From Candidatus Saccharimonadales bacterium (GTDB lineage Bacteria > Patescibacteriota > Saccharimonadia > Saccharimonadales > JANWIN01): DNA of 64,000 nucleotides. The notes under the pieces are model-generated. The model was not told the DNA's origin. It saw nothing but the letters and a program-made list of their open reading frames with translations, and made no database searches. Where the stretch lies: assembly GCA_038231155.1 (NCBI GenBank), contig JBBRLY010000016.1:103864-167863 (forward strand). Direction: 5' to 3'. How positions within the stretch are numbered: position 1 is the first letter of the stretch; each line of letters starts with the position of its first letter. Both the position numbers and the translations under genes were made by a program. Shown here one piece after another: positions 1 to 8,061 of this stretch.

Positions 1-469
1 GTGTGCTAACAGAAGTGCTATCGTTTTGGACATTTACACTTACGTTTGTATTATTGCCATTTTCATCTTTAACATTCTTATTTACAGTCCCTTGTTGTGG
101 CACTGGTATATTCTGTCCATTTACAGTCACGCGAGCAGTTCCGTCGGCGTGAAGGCTTGAACTTACATTCATGGAGCCATTTACACTATTAAGACTAGAG
201 GACTCGCCAGAAACTTTTGCATTAGAATTATTATTTAAATTCGATAAATCGGGAGTCGAAGTAGGTACTATACTGTGCAGATTAGGAGCACTGGCTAGTT
301 GCCAACCCCAAACACCTAAGCTAGTGGCTAAAATCGACGATATTCCGGCTAAACTAATTTTTTTGGTTTTGCTGCTAAGACGATGTGATAAGGGTGGATT
401 AACTTGAACGATTCGCCGCAAGGCACGTATTTTTTTAGCAAAAACACTAGATTTTTCGCTCAAGTACAT
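1..469 (-). CDS. hypothetical signal-anchored surface protein, N-terminal part (ORF leaves the window at position 1)
   Basis: Manual minus-strand translation from ATG 469-467: MYLSEKSSVFAKKIRALRRIVQVNPPLSHRLSSKTKKISLAGISSILATSLGVWGWQLA... It has a basic N-terminus, one hydrophobic helix, then N/S/V-rich sequence. No stop occurs before position 1, so it is absent from the ORF track. Confidence 0.5.
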   Translation of the reverse strand, partial: MYLSEKSSVFAKKIRALRRIVQVNPPLSHRLSSKTKKISLAGISSILATSLGVWGWQLASAPNLHSIVPTSTPDLSNLNNNSNAKVSGESSSLNSVNGSMNVSSSLHADGTARVTVNGQNIPVPQQGTVNKNVKDENGNNTNVSVNVQNDSTSVST

Positions 470-715
470 ACAATAGGCCCCTACTCCCACCGTTATATCT
501 TTACTAGCAACAGTGTAACATATTTTGTTAAAAGAAAAATAAGTTTTTTTGCTGTAAAATTTGTTACAATTTTTAAGATGTAAACAAACTATTAGCAGTT
601 TAATCAAGTTTAAGTTTTAGTTAAGTTTTCCACAGCATTATTTTGCTTTTTTGGCATAATTTATGCCATCGCACCGCTTATCTGTAAGTATGTCGCTTAG
701 GCTTTAATTTCAATG

Positions 716-790
716 TGGTGCGGGATACCGGAGTCGAACCGGTCTCCTCAGTTTGGAAAACTGATATATTAGCCGATATACGAATCCCGC
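716..790 (-). tRNA. tRNA-Gly(TCC)
   Basis: 75-nt cloverleaf on the minus strand. Acceptor GCGGGAT/ATCCCGC, D stem GTAT/ATAT, anticodon stem TCAGT/ACTGA with loop TT-TCC-AA, 4-nt variable loop, T arm ACCGG-TTCGACT-CCGGT, A73, encoded CCA. Confidence 0.85.
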
Positions 791-825
791 ATATTTCAAG
801 TGTGATTATAGCAAAAGTTACTCAT

Positions 826-2160
826 TTATTGAGTAGTCACGCCGAAGATAATGGTGTTGTTATCGCCCTGTAAGATAGTTGTGGCTTTTTTTGACTGTAT
901 AGCGTAATTAACAAAAGTGTAGTCCGATGTATCAGTCCCATAACCAGCAAGAATTTGTTTTTCGTTAACAAACTGAACAATTAGGATTGGCTGGGTTGTT
1001 TCATAGACTAGGCTGGGTGAACCAGATTTAACAGTATCAAGCTGAGTATCGTTCGAATAATACGGCGTATTAGTACCGGCCACAAATCCTACCTGAACTT
1101 GGCGCGACTTTAAAGTGCCGTTAGTGTTTTTCTCACCTTTGACACCGAAACTAGCAATCTGTATGAGCTTGTTATTTGTTATGTTCAGTGAATTTATTGT
1201 ATAGGGCGCTCCTGTAAATACACCTAGGGCCTTTTGTGGTGCTGTTGAATTTTCGGATGCCTTTGCATAAACAAGAGTTGAAAAATCAGAACTTACTGCC
1301 ACACTTGCTAATTCATCAGCTTTGAGACCACTTATCAAATCACTAGCTTTAGTAGTTTTTAAGTCTCTTAATACGGGCAATCCTGGACCACCGTCACAGT
1401 TAAAACAACCCTCCTGATAAATAATTTGCTGTTTAGTGGCATTATAGGCAATAATAAATACCCCATTAACAGTTGACGTAAACAGATCTTTTGAGTTTTG
1501 ACCTTTTAAGTCGGTTATTTTTACCGTGTTCTTACCACCGGTACCTGGTAAGTATCCAAAAACTATGTGTTGACCATCGCTAGAAAATTTCAAGCTAGTT
1601 AATTGAGCATTTCCAGTCAGATTCAATATAGAAGTGTACGTCTTTCCACTGTCAGTACTTGCGTATAGCGCATTAGCCGAAGCCACTACCACATTTGATC
1701 CACTAACATCGCTATCCGTAATCGCTTCTGAGTTAGCCAGGGACTTAGCGGTTGTCCTATCACCCCCGGCAGCTGGCCGGTTGTACATAATTAAAGGATC
1801 AGTATCTTTAGATTTAAAGGCATAAGCTACAGTATTTGGCGTAAAACTATTAGCCGTTTGAACAGTTTGAGATTGTGAAGTGGTATTTGATGAGGCACTC
1901 TTTGACTTTTTGTTATGAATCAAGAACCAATAGCCAACTGCCAACACGATAATTATTACTACTGCAAATAACAGCCAGATTTTAGACTTGTTGGATTTAG
2001 GTGAGGTTGTGGGTTTAAAAGTTTTCTTATCGTGCGAGGCTTGGACGGCTTCACTTTGAACTGGTTTACTGTCTGCTACAGGCTCTTCTGTAACTGGCTT
2101 TACCTCTTCCGGTTTTATTTCTTGATCGTCAGACGAGCTATCTGGACCCATGCTACTCAC
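826..2160 (-). CDS. hypothetical membrane-anchored extracellular protein (beta-rich ectodomain)
   Basis: Track ORF of 444 aa. Acidic/Pro/Lys-rich N-terminus, single TM helix IWLLFAVVIIIVLAVGYWFLI, then about 350 aa of S/T/N/G-rich sequence. Start is GTG at 2160 or, more likely, ATG at 2151 preceded by AAGGGGTGA. Confidence 0.7.
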   Translation of the reverse strand: MSSMGPDSSSDDQEIKPEEVKPVTEEPVADSKPVQSEAVQASHDKKTFKPTTSPKSNKSKIWLLFAVVIIIVLAVGYWFLIHNKKSKSASSNTTSQSQTVQTANSFTPNTVAYAFKSKDTDPLIMYNRPAAGGDRTTAKSLANSEAITDSDVSGSNVVVASANALYASTDSGKTYTSILNLTGNAQLTSLKFSSDGQHIVFGYLPGTGGKNTVKITDLKGQNSKDLFTSTVNGVFIIAYNATKQQIIYQEGCFNCDGGPGLPVLRDLKTTKASDLISGLKADELASVAVSSDFSTLVYAKASENSTAPQKALGVFTGAPYTINSLNITNNKLIQIASFGVKGEKNTNGTLKSRQVQVGFVAGTNTPYYSNDTQLDTVKSGSPSLVYETTQPILIVQFVNEKQILAGYGTDTSDYTFVNYAIQSKKATTILQGDNNTIIFGVTTQ

Positions 2161-2254
2161 CCCTTTATTAAGTAAAGTATAGTTTTAAACTTATTAAAAT
2201 AGCAAATCTAAGCAGGTAGAACACCTTAATCATGGTATAATCTCATCTGTTAAT

Positions 2255-2331
2255 GCCCCGGTAGCTCAATTGGATAGAGCAGAAGACTTCTAAGCTTAAG
2301 GTTGCAGGTTCGAGTCCTGCCCGGGGTACCA
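2255..2331 (+). tRNA. tRNA-Arg(TCT)
   Basis: 77-nt cloverleaf. Acceptor GCCCCGG/CCGGGGT (G1-U72), D arm GCTC-AATTGGATA-GAGC, anticodon loop CT-TCT-AA, T arm GCAGG-TTCGAGT-CCTGC, encoded CCA. The anticodon stem is weak (see findings). Confidence 0.8.
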
Positions 2332-2536
2332 AGCATAAGCATAAAGACTCCTTTAATATAGACCTTTTAATTTAATCAAATAAGTCATAATAATATTCAA
2401 AACCTACTTTTCGATTGCTATTGCCTAAGCATATGCTTTTTATTGACTAGTAATGATATACTCAAAAAGAATAATATATTAAATAATCGTCAATTTTTGA
2501 CAATTATGAAAATAATGAAAGAGGGGGAATAAACTA

Positions 2537-3670
2537 ATGCCCGCATCAAAAAAAACCGCCAAACGTTATTCAAATTCTAGATCACAATCTAGTAAATCTA
2601 AGAAAGGTAGTTTTGGCGTCCGCTCAAACATATCCAAAAAACAAATCCTTATCTTTGTACTATTATTTGCCATTATTGGTAGTGCCTTGCTGTGGTGGAG
2701 CTTTGCAGCAACCGGCGCTGTACTTAACAATAAAAGTATAGATCCAACCCATTCATCTCCACGCTGTTCATCATCAGTTACTGCAAATTGCTATTCAATA
2801 CCTCCCCCAGAAAATTCTGGTGTCAAAAGAAACACTACTGTCATGCAACTAACAGCTGGTAGCGTAGCTTCTCCAACTGAAGTAAGTGTTTTTGACAATA
2901 ACTTTGACAAAGGTATCTACAAGGTCTGTTTATTTGCTAAAAGCCTAGGTGCTGCCTCATCCGGCCAATTCAAAGTCTTTAGCTACAGTGGAGGACCTTC
3001 AGCAACCGCTCTGGCAACGTCTACCTACAACGTACCTATTACAGCAACTGACTATAAACAAGTAGCCTGTATACCCGGAATTAGATTCGATGGAACTAGC
3101 CCTGGTATGGAGGTAAGTGTTCTAAATCAAAGTGCGGCCATCCGCTTAAGTTCTGCAGTAGTCTATAAGACTGGTGATATTACTCCACCACCGCCAAATA
3201 ATTGTCATCCTGGAGACCCGCTATCTGGTGTACAGGACCCTGGTCGTCTAGGTGTAACGAAGAATTGTCAGACCATCACGGGACACGTCTGCAAATTGGA
3301 GCCTAATGAAGCTGATAGTGACAATGCCTTTGATATAATACTCGACACGCAGTACCAATCACTGCTTAACTCTAACAACGTAAATTTCTGTGGATCAGGC
3401 GACGGCCGGTTAGCCTTGCATCTTGAAACAATCCCTCAGGACCAAGCAGGAACAGTCTTTCACTCCCCCAATGCTGAGACGTTGGCACTCAAGGTTGGTG
3501 ACTATGTCAGCGTCACTGGACCACTGGTGCAGGACAACGGCCACTCAAACCCAGGCTGGACGGAGATACATCCGGTTGAGTTTATTACGGTGATTACCCC
3601 CCAAGCCGCCGTTGGGGCCCCACTTGCAGCACCATTAAAACCGACACCGGCACAATCATTTGATGATTGA
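2537..3670 (+). CDS. hypothetical signal-anchored secreted protein, apparently two-part (AT-rich N-terminal half, GC-rich C-terminal half)
   Basis: Track ORF of 377 aa. Lys/Ser-rich N-terminus, TM/signal anchor ILIFVLLFAIIGSALLWWSFAA, PPPP linker near aa 215, Cys-containing C-terminal domain. GGGGG/GAGGGGG precedes the ATG. Confidence 0.7.
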   Translation: MPASKKTAKRYSNSRSQSSKSKKGSFGVRSNISKKQILIFVLLFAIIGSALLWWSFAATGAVLNNKSIDPTHSSPRCSSSVTANCYSIPPPENSGVKRNTTVMQLTAGSVASPTEVSVFDNNFDKGIYKVCLFAKSLGAASSGQFKVFSYSGGPSATALATSTYNVPITATDYKQVACIPGIRFDGTSPGMEVSVLNQSAAIRLSSAVVYKTGDITPPPPNNCHPGDPLSGVQDPGRLGVTKNCQTITGHVCKLEPNEADSDNAFDIILDTQYQSLLNSNNVNFCGSGDGRLALHLETIPQDQAGTVFHSPNAETLALKVGDYVSVTGPLVQDNGHSNPGWTEIHPVEFITVITPQAAVGAPLAAPLKPTPAQSFDD

Positions 3671-3851
3671 AAAATCTAGCGTTCCTGCCGAACGCATTGA
3701 TTATGTAGGCGATCGAGTGGAGGCTGATATTAAATCTGCAAAAGCAGTTGGTATGAAGACTTGCTTGGTTTACTCAGAATCCGAAATCACTGACTTTTCT
3801 TTTACATCATTCAGGCAAATTTTGACAATGAATGAATGTTTGATTAGTTAA
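3660..3851 (+). pseudogene. C-terminal remnant of a HAD-superfamily hydrolase
   Basis: The 63-aa ORF contains the HAD motif IV context ...IDYVGDRVEADIKSAKAVGMKTCLV... It lacks the N-terminal DxD nucleophile motif and the cap. It starts inside the 3' end of the preceding gene. Confidence 0.45.
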
Positions 3852-3900
3852 TCTTTTTCTAACTTCTGCAACAATGCTGTACTAAATTTTATGAAAAGTA

Positions 3901-3929
3901 TTGAACAAGTATATCGTTTATGCTATTCT
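3901..3929 (+). promoter_or_regulatory. putative sigma70-type promoter (TTGAAC-17 nt-TATTCT)
   Basis: -35 TTGAAC at 3901-3906 and -10 TATTCT at 3924-3929 with a 17-nt spacer. It lies upstream of the leader preceding the 4049 gene. Confidence 0.35.
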
Positions 3930-3993
3930 GAATCCTAATGCATAAAAATAGGTATTCCCTAGCATGAAGATGCCCGGGAATATTTTTATAAGG

Positions 3994-4018
3994 ACAGCCC
4001 TTCGGGGCTGTTTTTTTA
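3994..4018 (+). terminator. intrinsic terminator hairpin (ACAGCCC-TTCG-GGGCTGT followed by T7)
   Basis: Perfect 7-bp GC-rich stem 3994-4000/4005-4011 with a UUCG loop and a run of seven T. It sits only about 30 nt upstream of the ATG at 4049. Confidence 0.7.
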
Positions 4019-4048
4019 TGCATTCAAATTAACTAAAAGGAGGTATTA

Positions 4049-4891
4049 ATGGTTAACAACTATAAAGGAGTAGAAGACACTAAAGCATTTAGCGCCGTAG
4101 TCAATAAGCTGCGCCGTTTTTGCCTAGATAAAGATTTTTGCGAGGTAAGTACTCAAGATCGGCTCAGCATACTGGCAGCTTGCGAAGATCCTGACACAGT
4201 TGCAACCTATAACTACGCCGGGCAAGTCTGGCCGCTACCCCAAACTGGACAGATGTGGCTGGAGTACGAGCTACTGACTAAACCAGATGTCCCAGGAGTC
4301 TTCTGCGTAAGTACTAGTTATCGGAATGAACAAAATCCGGTTCCTGGGCGCCATAAACTAATTTTCCCAATGTTCGAGTTTGAAATAAAAGGCGGTATTG
4401 ACGACTTAGTTAAATTTGAAACTAAGTTACTGGAGTACCTAGGTTTCGGCGACCGGAGTAAATACCACTATAAAAAATACGATCAACTAAAACGTCACTA
4501 TAAAACTAGGGAACTTACTTACAAACATGAAAATAAGATGCTAGAAGATTTTGGGATGGTGATATTCTGCACTGAGTTCCCATCATATACCTCCCCGTTT
4601 TGGAACATGAAGAAAAAAGGAGATAACTACTCCAATAAAATAGATGTCATCATCCACGGTAGTGAAACAATCGGTAGCGCCGAACGAAGTGTAACTGTCA
4701 GTGAAATGGCCAAAGAATTCTATAGCATAAGCCAGGGTAAATACGCTAAGAAGCTATTTGACCTATTCGGTAAAGATCGAGTTGAAAAAGAACTAAGTGA
4801 GTTTCTGTCACTAAACTTCTTCCCACGCTGCGGCGGTGGAATTGGTTTAACTAGATTGATTGATGCATCGAAAAGCTTACAGCTTAGCTAG
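4049..4891 (+). CDS. standalone class II aminoacyl-tRNA-synthetase-like catalytic core (AsnRS/AspRS-type). Candidate archaeal-type asparagine synthetase A.
   Basis: 280 aa. Motif 2-like SYRNEQNPVPGRHKLIFPMFEFE and motif 3-like GGGIGLTRL. No anticodon-binding domain. Strong RBS AAAGGAGG at 4036-4043. Confidence 0.6.
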   Translation: MVNNYKGVEDTKAFSAVVNKLRRFCLDKDFCEVSTQDRLSILAACEDPDTVATYNYAGQVWPLPQTGQMWLEYELLTKPDVPGVFCVSTSYRNEQNPVPGRHKLIFPMFEFEIKGGIDDLVKFETKLLEYLGFGDRSKYHYKKYDQLKRHYKTRELTYKHENKMLEDFGMVIFCTEFPSYTSPFWNMKKKGDNYSNKIDVIIHGSETIGSAERSVTVSEMAKEFYSISQGKYAKKLFDLFGKDRVEKELSEFLSLNFFPRCGGGIGLTRLIDASKSLQLS

Positions 4892-5354
4892 TTGAAATAT
4901 CTAGTTCTATAGGTTTCTCTAGCTTTAAGTAATCGCTGAGTTTAATCTTTATACTTTTATCGTGACGGCCGGGATTAAACGAAATATTTATTTGCTTAAA
5001 TAACGAATTATCTAAATAAGTTTCTAATTTAGCGATACTGCCTATTGGGTAACAGGCACCAACAATACATCCCATTTTATCCATAACTTCAGCTGGACTG
5101 GCAAATCTGATTTCTTTAACTTTTAATGCCTTTTTAAGTTTCTTGGAGTCCAGTTTATGACTACCAGCTAACACTGCTAAAACAAATCTATCTTTAGATT
5201 TAAGTAATAAAGACTTGGCGCCCGAATTTAGGGTCATGCCTCGAACTTTAGCTGCTTGTTCACTGGTATATACCGGCTCATGATCTAGTTCCGTAAAATT
5301 TATAGAGTTTGCTTTTAACAGCTTAATAATCTCCTCATAAGGATTCATAGCCAA
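4884..5354 (-). CDS. ybaK: YbaK/ProX-family aminoacyl-tRNA deacylase (trans-editing domain)
   Basis: 156 aa with a YbaK-like pattern: ...HEPVYTSEQAAKVRG...GAKSLLLK...VLAVLAGSHKLDSKKL...GACYPIG... Confidence 0.75.
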   Translation of the reverse strand: MAMNPYEEIIKLLKANSINFTELDHEPVYTSEQAAKVRGMTLNSGAKSLLLKSKDRFVLAVLAGSHKLDSKKLKKALKVKEIRFASPAEVMDKMGCIVGACYPIGSIAKLETYLDNSLFKQINISFNPGRHDKSIKIKLSDYLKLEKPIELDISTS

Positions 5355-5421
5355 AGTATAACATTGGTCAGGGCTGTGTTCCCGGGTTTAAGTTATTTTA
5401 CTTCTAGGCTAAAATATAAGT

Positions 5422-5535
5422 ATGGAACGCGATAGGAACCAACCAAATAAGCGTAGTGATGCCTGGCCCTGGGTAGCATTGGGTGGATTGGCTTTATTGT
5501 TAGTTTTTGGTTTACCTCATCCTCATGTCCGTTAA
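5422..5535 (+). CDS. possible 37-aa single-TM micro-protein
   Basis: Manual ORF MERDRNQPNKRSDAWPWVALGGLALLLVFGLPHPHVR. TAAAAT box at 5410-5415, 6 nt upstream of the ATG (possibly leaderless). Below the track size cut-off. Confidence 0.2.
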   Translation: MERDRNQPNKRSDAWPWVALGGLALLLVFGLPHPHVR

Positions 5536-5582
5536 CTGAAATTGCATTATAGAGCTTAAACAGATATAATCACCCCTGTTAA

Positions 5583-5660
5583 GGCGGACGTAGCTCAGTT
5601 AGGTAGAGCGTCGGGTTGTGGTCCCGAATGTCGTGGGTTCGAGCCCCATCGTTCGCCCCA
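5583..5660 (+). tRNA. tRNA-His(GTG)
   Basis: 78 nt including the extra G-1 typical of tRNA-His. Anticodon stem TCGGG/CCCGA, loop TT-GTG-GT, T arm GTGGG-TTCGAGC-CCCAT, C73, encoded CCA. Confidence 0.9.
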
Positions 5661-5666
5661 TTTAAG

Positions 5667-7085
5667 TTAGCTAGCTAAGCGACCTTTATCTTGTTGCCAT
5701 AAGGCAAAGTTACCGAGTACGAGTAATCGAAAATCAGAGTCTCTAATCATCTTCGATGACATAATGTTCTGAACAGGATATAACTTTATTTCGTGAGTAC
5801 CTTCTTTTGAAAGATATGAAACTAATGTTTCAGTATTTAACGACTGTTGCTTAATGATGGTCTGGATAAGTTTCAATAGTATTTCGTCATCATATTCTAT
5901 TCCAAGGTAATTAAGTAATTCCATACAAATATCTTCTAACTCAAGTTGGATTTTTTTAGCTAGCTGGGGTTCAAAATCCGTTGATTGTTGAAGCTCAATA
6001 AATGTTTGAGTTAAAGATTCAATATCTGAAATTAAGTCAGTTATAACTTCAACCGCATCATTACCCAGTTCTTGGCTTTTTTCTACATATTGGCTAATTT
6101 GCTCGACCAACGTAAGTGGTTCGTCGTGGCTTAAGACTGCCTCGGATTTCAGTAACAATTCTGCTAATGTCACAGTTTCTGTATCTTCATTTATAACAAT
6201 AAGTTCCTCTGGTTTGGGTTCAAGCAGTAGCACCTTAGAATCATAATCTATAGATACTTCTTCGTCTTCTTCCTCATCCTCACCTAATTCGATTGAAATC
6301 GTTTCAAGTCCAGCTGTACCTAAATCTTCATCTGCCAAATCCAATATTTCGGAAGCTTTGGTTTCAACAATTGTTTCTGGTGCTTGTTTAGCTAATTCAG
6401 CGATCAAGGAAGTATCTTCAATTGGTGCTAAATCTAAATTCTCTTCATTGGCCACAATTTCAACATCATTAACTGGAGATAAATCAGATTCTAATATATC
6501 TTGAGCTTTAATAGTTTGATAATACTCAGCTTGCATTTGTGTTAACCAGGCATCCATTTGCAATGACGTTGCTTCATCTGGTTTAGGGTCGACTACTGTT
6601 TCGTTTAGGTTTATTGGTGAGGATAAAGTTTGCTGAACCTCCAATTCGTTTTTTGAAGATAATGCCCTAGAGTTAACTTCATTGTCTACGGTGGCAGCGC
6701 GTAATTCATTATTTACATCGGTTTTCGTTAAGCTTTCATGATCAGGTTCTAAATTTAAAGGTTTAGCAAGCGCGGCTGGTTCTTCTGTTGTAAGCACTGA
6801 AACTTTGAGCTCAACTCCTCGTGATTCAACGATTTTTTCAAAAATTGACATATGTTCTTGCTTAATCGGTACTTCAGCTTCATTTAAAGCCATTACTACA
6901 AACATATTCTTGGCTTCGAGAGTCATGGACCCAGATGGTACCGGACACATTTTAAGAAGATCTTCTATAGTACCGGTTATACCAAACAAGGTAACCTGTT
7001 GATCTGGATACTCTAAAATTAAATCAGGCTTTTCCGGTTGGATTGATTCAACTGAAGGCACAATTTGCTCGAGAGTTGATGCCAC
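5667..7085 (-). CDS. hypothetical, very acidic (E/D-rich) protein
   Basis: Track ORF of 472 aa. Its GTG start at 7085 directly abuts the TAA of the upstream 84-aa ORF. No motif recognised. Confidence 0.65.
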   Translation of the reverse strand: MASTLEQIVPSVESIQPEKPDLILEYPDQQVTLFGITGTIEDLLKMCPVPSGSMTLEAKNMFVVMALNEAEVPIKQEHMSIFEKIVESRGVELKVSVLTTEEPAALAKPLNLEPDHESLTKTDVNNELRAATVDNEVNSRALSSKNELEVQQTLSSPINLNETVVDPKPDEATSLQMDAWLTQMQAEYYQTIKAQDILESDLSPVNDVEIVANEENLDLAPIEDTSLIAELAKQAPETIVETKASEILDLADEDLGTAGLETISIELGEDEEEDEEVSIDYDSKVLLLEPKPEELIVINEDTETVTLAELLLKSEAVLSHDEPLTLVEQISQYVEKSQELGNDAVEVITDLISDIESLTQTFIELQQSTDFEPQLAKKIQLELEDICMELLNYLGIEYDDEILLKLIQTIIKQQSLNTETLVSYLSKEGTHEIKLYPVQNIMSSKMIRDSDFRLLVLGNFALWQQDKGRLAS

Positions 7086-7340
7086 TTAAGTAACCTCCGG
7101 ATAAACAACATCATCTTCGGGTTCTAAAGCTCCAGCCTCGCGAAGAAGCTTTATATGAGTATTGGCACGCTTCTCTCTTGAGTCCCGATCAACTACTTCT
7201 TGCGATCGTAAAAGTTTTTCGACCTCTAGTGCACTACTTAGCGAAAATAGATGTTCACCATATTGTACTTCTACAGATCCATACTTATCTGAAAAGTACT
7301 GATCTGGATCTGCTAGTCTAGGATCAAGTTCTCCAGGCAT
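7086..7340 (-). CDS. hypothetical small acidic protein
   Basis: Track ORF of 84 aa, co-directional and contiguous with the 472-aa ORF. Confidence 0.5.
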   Translation of the reverse strand: MPGELDPRLADPDQYFSDKYGSVEVQYGEHLFSLSSALEVEKLLRSQEVVDRDSREKRANTHIKLLREAGALEPEDDVVYPEVT

Positions 7341-7387
7341 ATTAATATTATAACCTTAAACCAAATAGGCATGGTAGACCGTCTAAT

Positions 7388-7963
7388 TTAAACAATATGT
7401 TTATGAATAAGTACCAACAAGGCTTGGTAATGAGAAGCGCAAAACCAGACATCAAATGATACTAGCGCTAGAAATAAAACTTTTTCTACACCTTTGCCAG
7501 TAGTAATACGCATAGATTTAAAAGGCGGCAAGCCAAATTTAACAGGTAAAGGTAGTAACCAGGGCACACCCTCCTTAGTAAAGGTATCCATAACTAAATG
7601 CGATAACATTCCTATAATAAAGGCCCACCAAACGAGTTGTATGTTAACGTGAGGCATTATGGGATGAAGAAACTGTAGTAGTAGATGACTCAGCAGACCA
7701 AGTAATGCTACCCCCAAAAGCGAATGGGTTATAAAACGGTGCCCGCCTAGCATTTTGTCAAAAACTTTACCAAGTGTACCGCCGATAGGTAAATTACGCC
7801 AAAATGGTGCAGTTGGTTGATCAATATCTGGCGCGATACCGCCAATTTGATTTGCCAGAATGGCTAAAAGTGCTGTTCCTAGTGTCATGGTTTGAATCGG
7901 CTGAGTAAGCACAACAATGCCTAGCGCTGTAATGGCAGCGAGATCATGAGTACGGGCAGTCAT
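7388..7963 (-). CDS. membrane-bound metal-dependent hydrolase, YdjM/DUF457-like
   Basis: 191 aa, multi-TM, with LGGHRFITHSLLG and SHLVMDTFTKEGVPWLLP motifs typical of the YdjM family. Confidence 0.65.
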   Translation of the reverse strand: MTARTHDLAAITALGIVVLTQPIQTMTLGTALLAILANQIGGIAPDIDQPTAPFWRNLPIGGTLGKVFDKMLGGHRFITHSLLGVALLGLLSHLLLQFLHPIMPHVNIQLVWWAFIIGMLSHLVMDTFTKEGVPWLLPLPVKFGLPPFKSMRITTGKGVEKVLFLALVSFDVWFCASHYQALLVLIHKHIV

Positions 7964-8061
7964 AGCTACAGTTTATAGCAAAAGCACTATAAGAAACAGG
8001 GGCGGAGCAGTATATTTTTTGCTATAATATAGATGTAAACATCGACAGAAAATTATAGTAC

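Noticed and set aside
171-407. 78-aa plus-strand ORF from the track.
   Set aside because: It lies antisense to a longer, more protein-like minus-strand ORF (1-469) that has a signal anchor. It has no RBS and is likely a shadow ORF.
652-668. Hairpin TGGCAT-AATTT-ATGCCA as terminator of tRNA-Gly.
   Set aside because: The T-run precedes the hairpin on the plus strand, and an A-run follows it on the minus strand. It does not fit an intrinsic terminator in either orientation.
716-790. First read as tRNA-Trp because CCA occurs in the anticodon loop.
   Set aside because: Indexing from the T arm and acceptor stem gives a 7-nt loop TTTCCAA, so the anticodon is TCC. The 4-nt variable loop and the GCGGGA acceptor fit tRNA-Gly.
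3852-4048. T-box riboswitch upstream of the aaRS-like gene.
   Set aside because: The leader is only about 110 nt from the putative promoter. It lacks the specifier-loop architecture and the conserved T-box sequence.
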